Source: Macrostomum hystrix (taxonomy: Eukaryota; Animalia; Platyhelminthes). Taken from it: DNA of 64,000 bases. The position numbers and the translations under genes are program-made. The notes under the pieces are model-generated. The model had not been told where the DNA came from, ran no database searches, and saw only the letters and a program-made list of their open reading frames with translations. Below, one piece after another: positions 62,565 to 64,000 of the stretch. Positions within the stretch are counted from its first letter, which is position 1, and the number at the start of each line of letters is the position of its first letter. Where the stretch lies: contig CATNEN010000001.1 in NCBI GenBank assembly GCA_950097015.1, positions 186,001-250,000 of the forward strand, in the 5' to 3' direction.

Positions 62565-63425
62565 TTCCCTGTCTCCTCTCTCTTGCCTTATCTCTCCTTT
62601 CTCACCTCTTCTGTCTCACCTCACCTGTCTTAACTCACCTGTCTCATCTCACCTGTCTTATCTCTCTTCTGTCTTATCTCTCTTCTGTCTTATCTCTCTC
62701 CTGCCTCACCTCTCCTGTCTTATCTCTCTCCAGTCTTATCTCTCTCCTGTCTTATCTCTCTTCTGTCTCACCTCACCTGTCTTATCTCTCTCCTGTCTTA
62801 TCTCTCTTCTGTCTTATCTCTCTCCTGTCTCACTTTACCTGTTTTATCTCTCTCCTGTCTTATCTCTCTTCTGTCTTATCTCTCTTCTGTCTTATCTCTC
62901 TCCTGTCTCACCTTTTCTGTCTTATCTCTCTCCCGTCTCACCTTTCCTATCTTATCCCTCTCCTGTCTCACCTTTCCTGTCTCATCTCTCTCCTGTCTTA
63001 TCTCACTCCAGTCTCACCTCTCCTGTCTTATCTCTCTCCAGTCTTATCTCTCTCCTGTCTTATCTCTCTTCTGTCTCACCTCACCTGCCTTATCTCTCTC
63101 CTGTCTTATCTCTCTCCTGTCTCATCTCTCTCCTGTCTCACTTTACCTGTTTTATCTCTCTCCTGTCTTATCTCTCTTCTGTCTTATCTCTCTTCTGTCT
63201 TATCTCTCTCCTGTCTCACCTTTTCTGTCTTATCTCTCTCCCGTCTCACCTTTCCTATCTTATCTCTCTCCTGTCTCACCTTTCCTGTCTTATCTCTCTC
63301 CTGCCTCACCTTTCCTATCTTATCTCTCTCCTGTCTCACCTTTCCTGTCTTATCTCTCTCCTGTCTCACCTCACCTGTCTTATCTCTCTCCTGTCTCACC
63401 TTTTCTGTCTTATCTCTCCTGTCCT
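62565..63425. repeat. Pyrimidine-rich minisatellite (copy C)
   Basis: As 38105-38708, longer. Confidence 0.92.
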
Positions 63426-64000
63426 CGACACGATCGCAGTCCGATTCCCAGCCCAAGCAATTTGTCTGCTTGAGCAAGACACAGCCAGATTGAGCAAGGT
63501 TAAAACAAAAAAGCAGTTCTTTTGGAAAACAAAATACAAAGAATTTTAACAGAAGTTCGTGAATTATGAAAAAAGCAACAATACTAAATTAGTGTTGCGC
63601 AAGTTTACTATTTTTATCTCAGTTTTAACAATATGGAATCACCAGTTTATCACTGACAAAACGTATGCACTCGCAGCGCTTACTACAAGCAAAACAACAA
63701 AAAAATGTAATCAATTGGAATAGAATTTTATTAGAACTAGAAATTGAATGCACACACTGATAACTCCATTGAAGTTGTGTACACAAAATTAATGTCCAGA
63801 GAGAAAACTAATGAAAGAATTAATTTTTAGGATGCTTAACAAGTAGCCACTTAATGAGTTCATATTTTCGGTTCAGATTCAGATATCAAGCAATCAAAAA
63901 GTGGTTAAGATTAAAAAAGAAAACGTAAAACAATGGTCCACAGGAAAAAAAACTAGGAAATCCACTGCTGAACTGATTGACAATATTTAAACTTTTTTTC

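Larger units (their letters stand above)
26644..64000. repeat. Tandem segmental amplification, ~13-13.5 kb unit: copy A 26644-39589, copy B 39590-53014, copy C 53015 to window end
   Basis: The junction CTACCTTGATGA recurs at 26644, 39590 and 53015. Identical ORFs recur at offsets of 13377-13539 bp (e.g. 41339/54878, 36376/49753, 44926/58465). Confidence 0.95.

Overview
Eukaryotic (metazoan) genomic DNA with GT-AG introns and very dense minisatellites. The style resembles a repeat-rich invertebrate such as the flatworm Macrostomum; this is inference only. Left part (1-24.3 kb): the 3' exons of a polyQ-rich gene carrying three motifs that resemble vertebrate CBARP/BARP, then a complete 9-exon VCP/p97 (CDC48) gene whose last five introns each hold a different minisatellite. 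Middle (25-26.6 kb): a tRNA-derived SINE and a dead mariner interrupted in frame by a 5'-truncated RNase H LINE with a 13-bp TSD. Right part (26.6-64 kb): about three tandem copies of a ~13-13.5 kb cassette of secreted/cell-surface genes. These are two paralogous PAN/apple + ALK/LTK-like glycine-rich genes (decaying), a PAN + F-type lectin gene, and a membrane-anchored CAP/SCP gene. Copies B and C also carry a defective THAP/P-superfamily transposon nested in a SINE-like element. Each cassette copy has lost different parts. Most long ORFs in the track are translations of tandem repeats, not genes.
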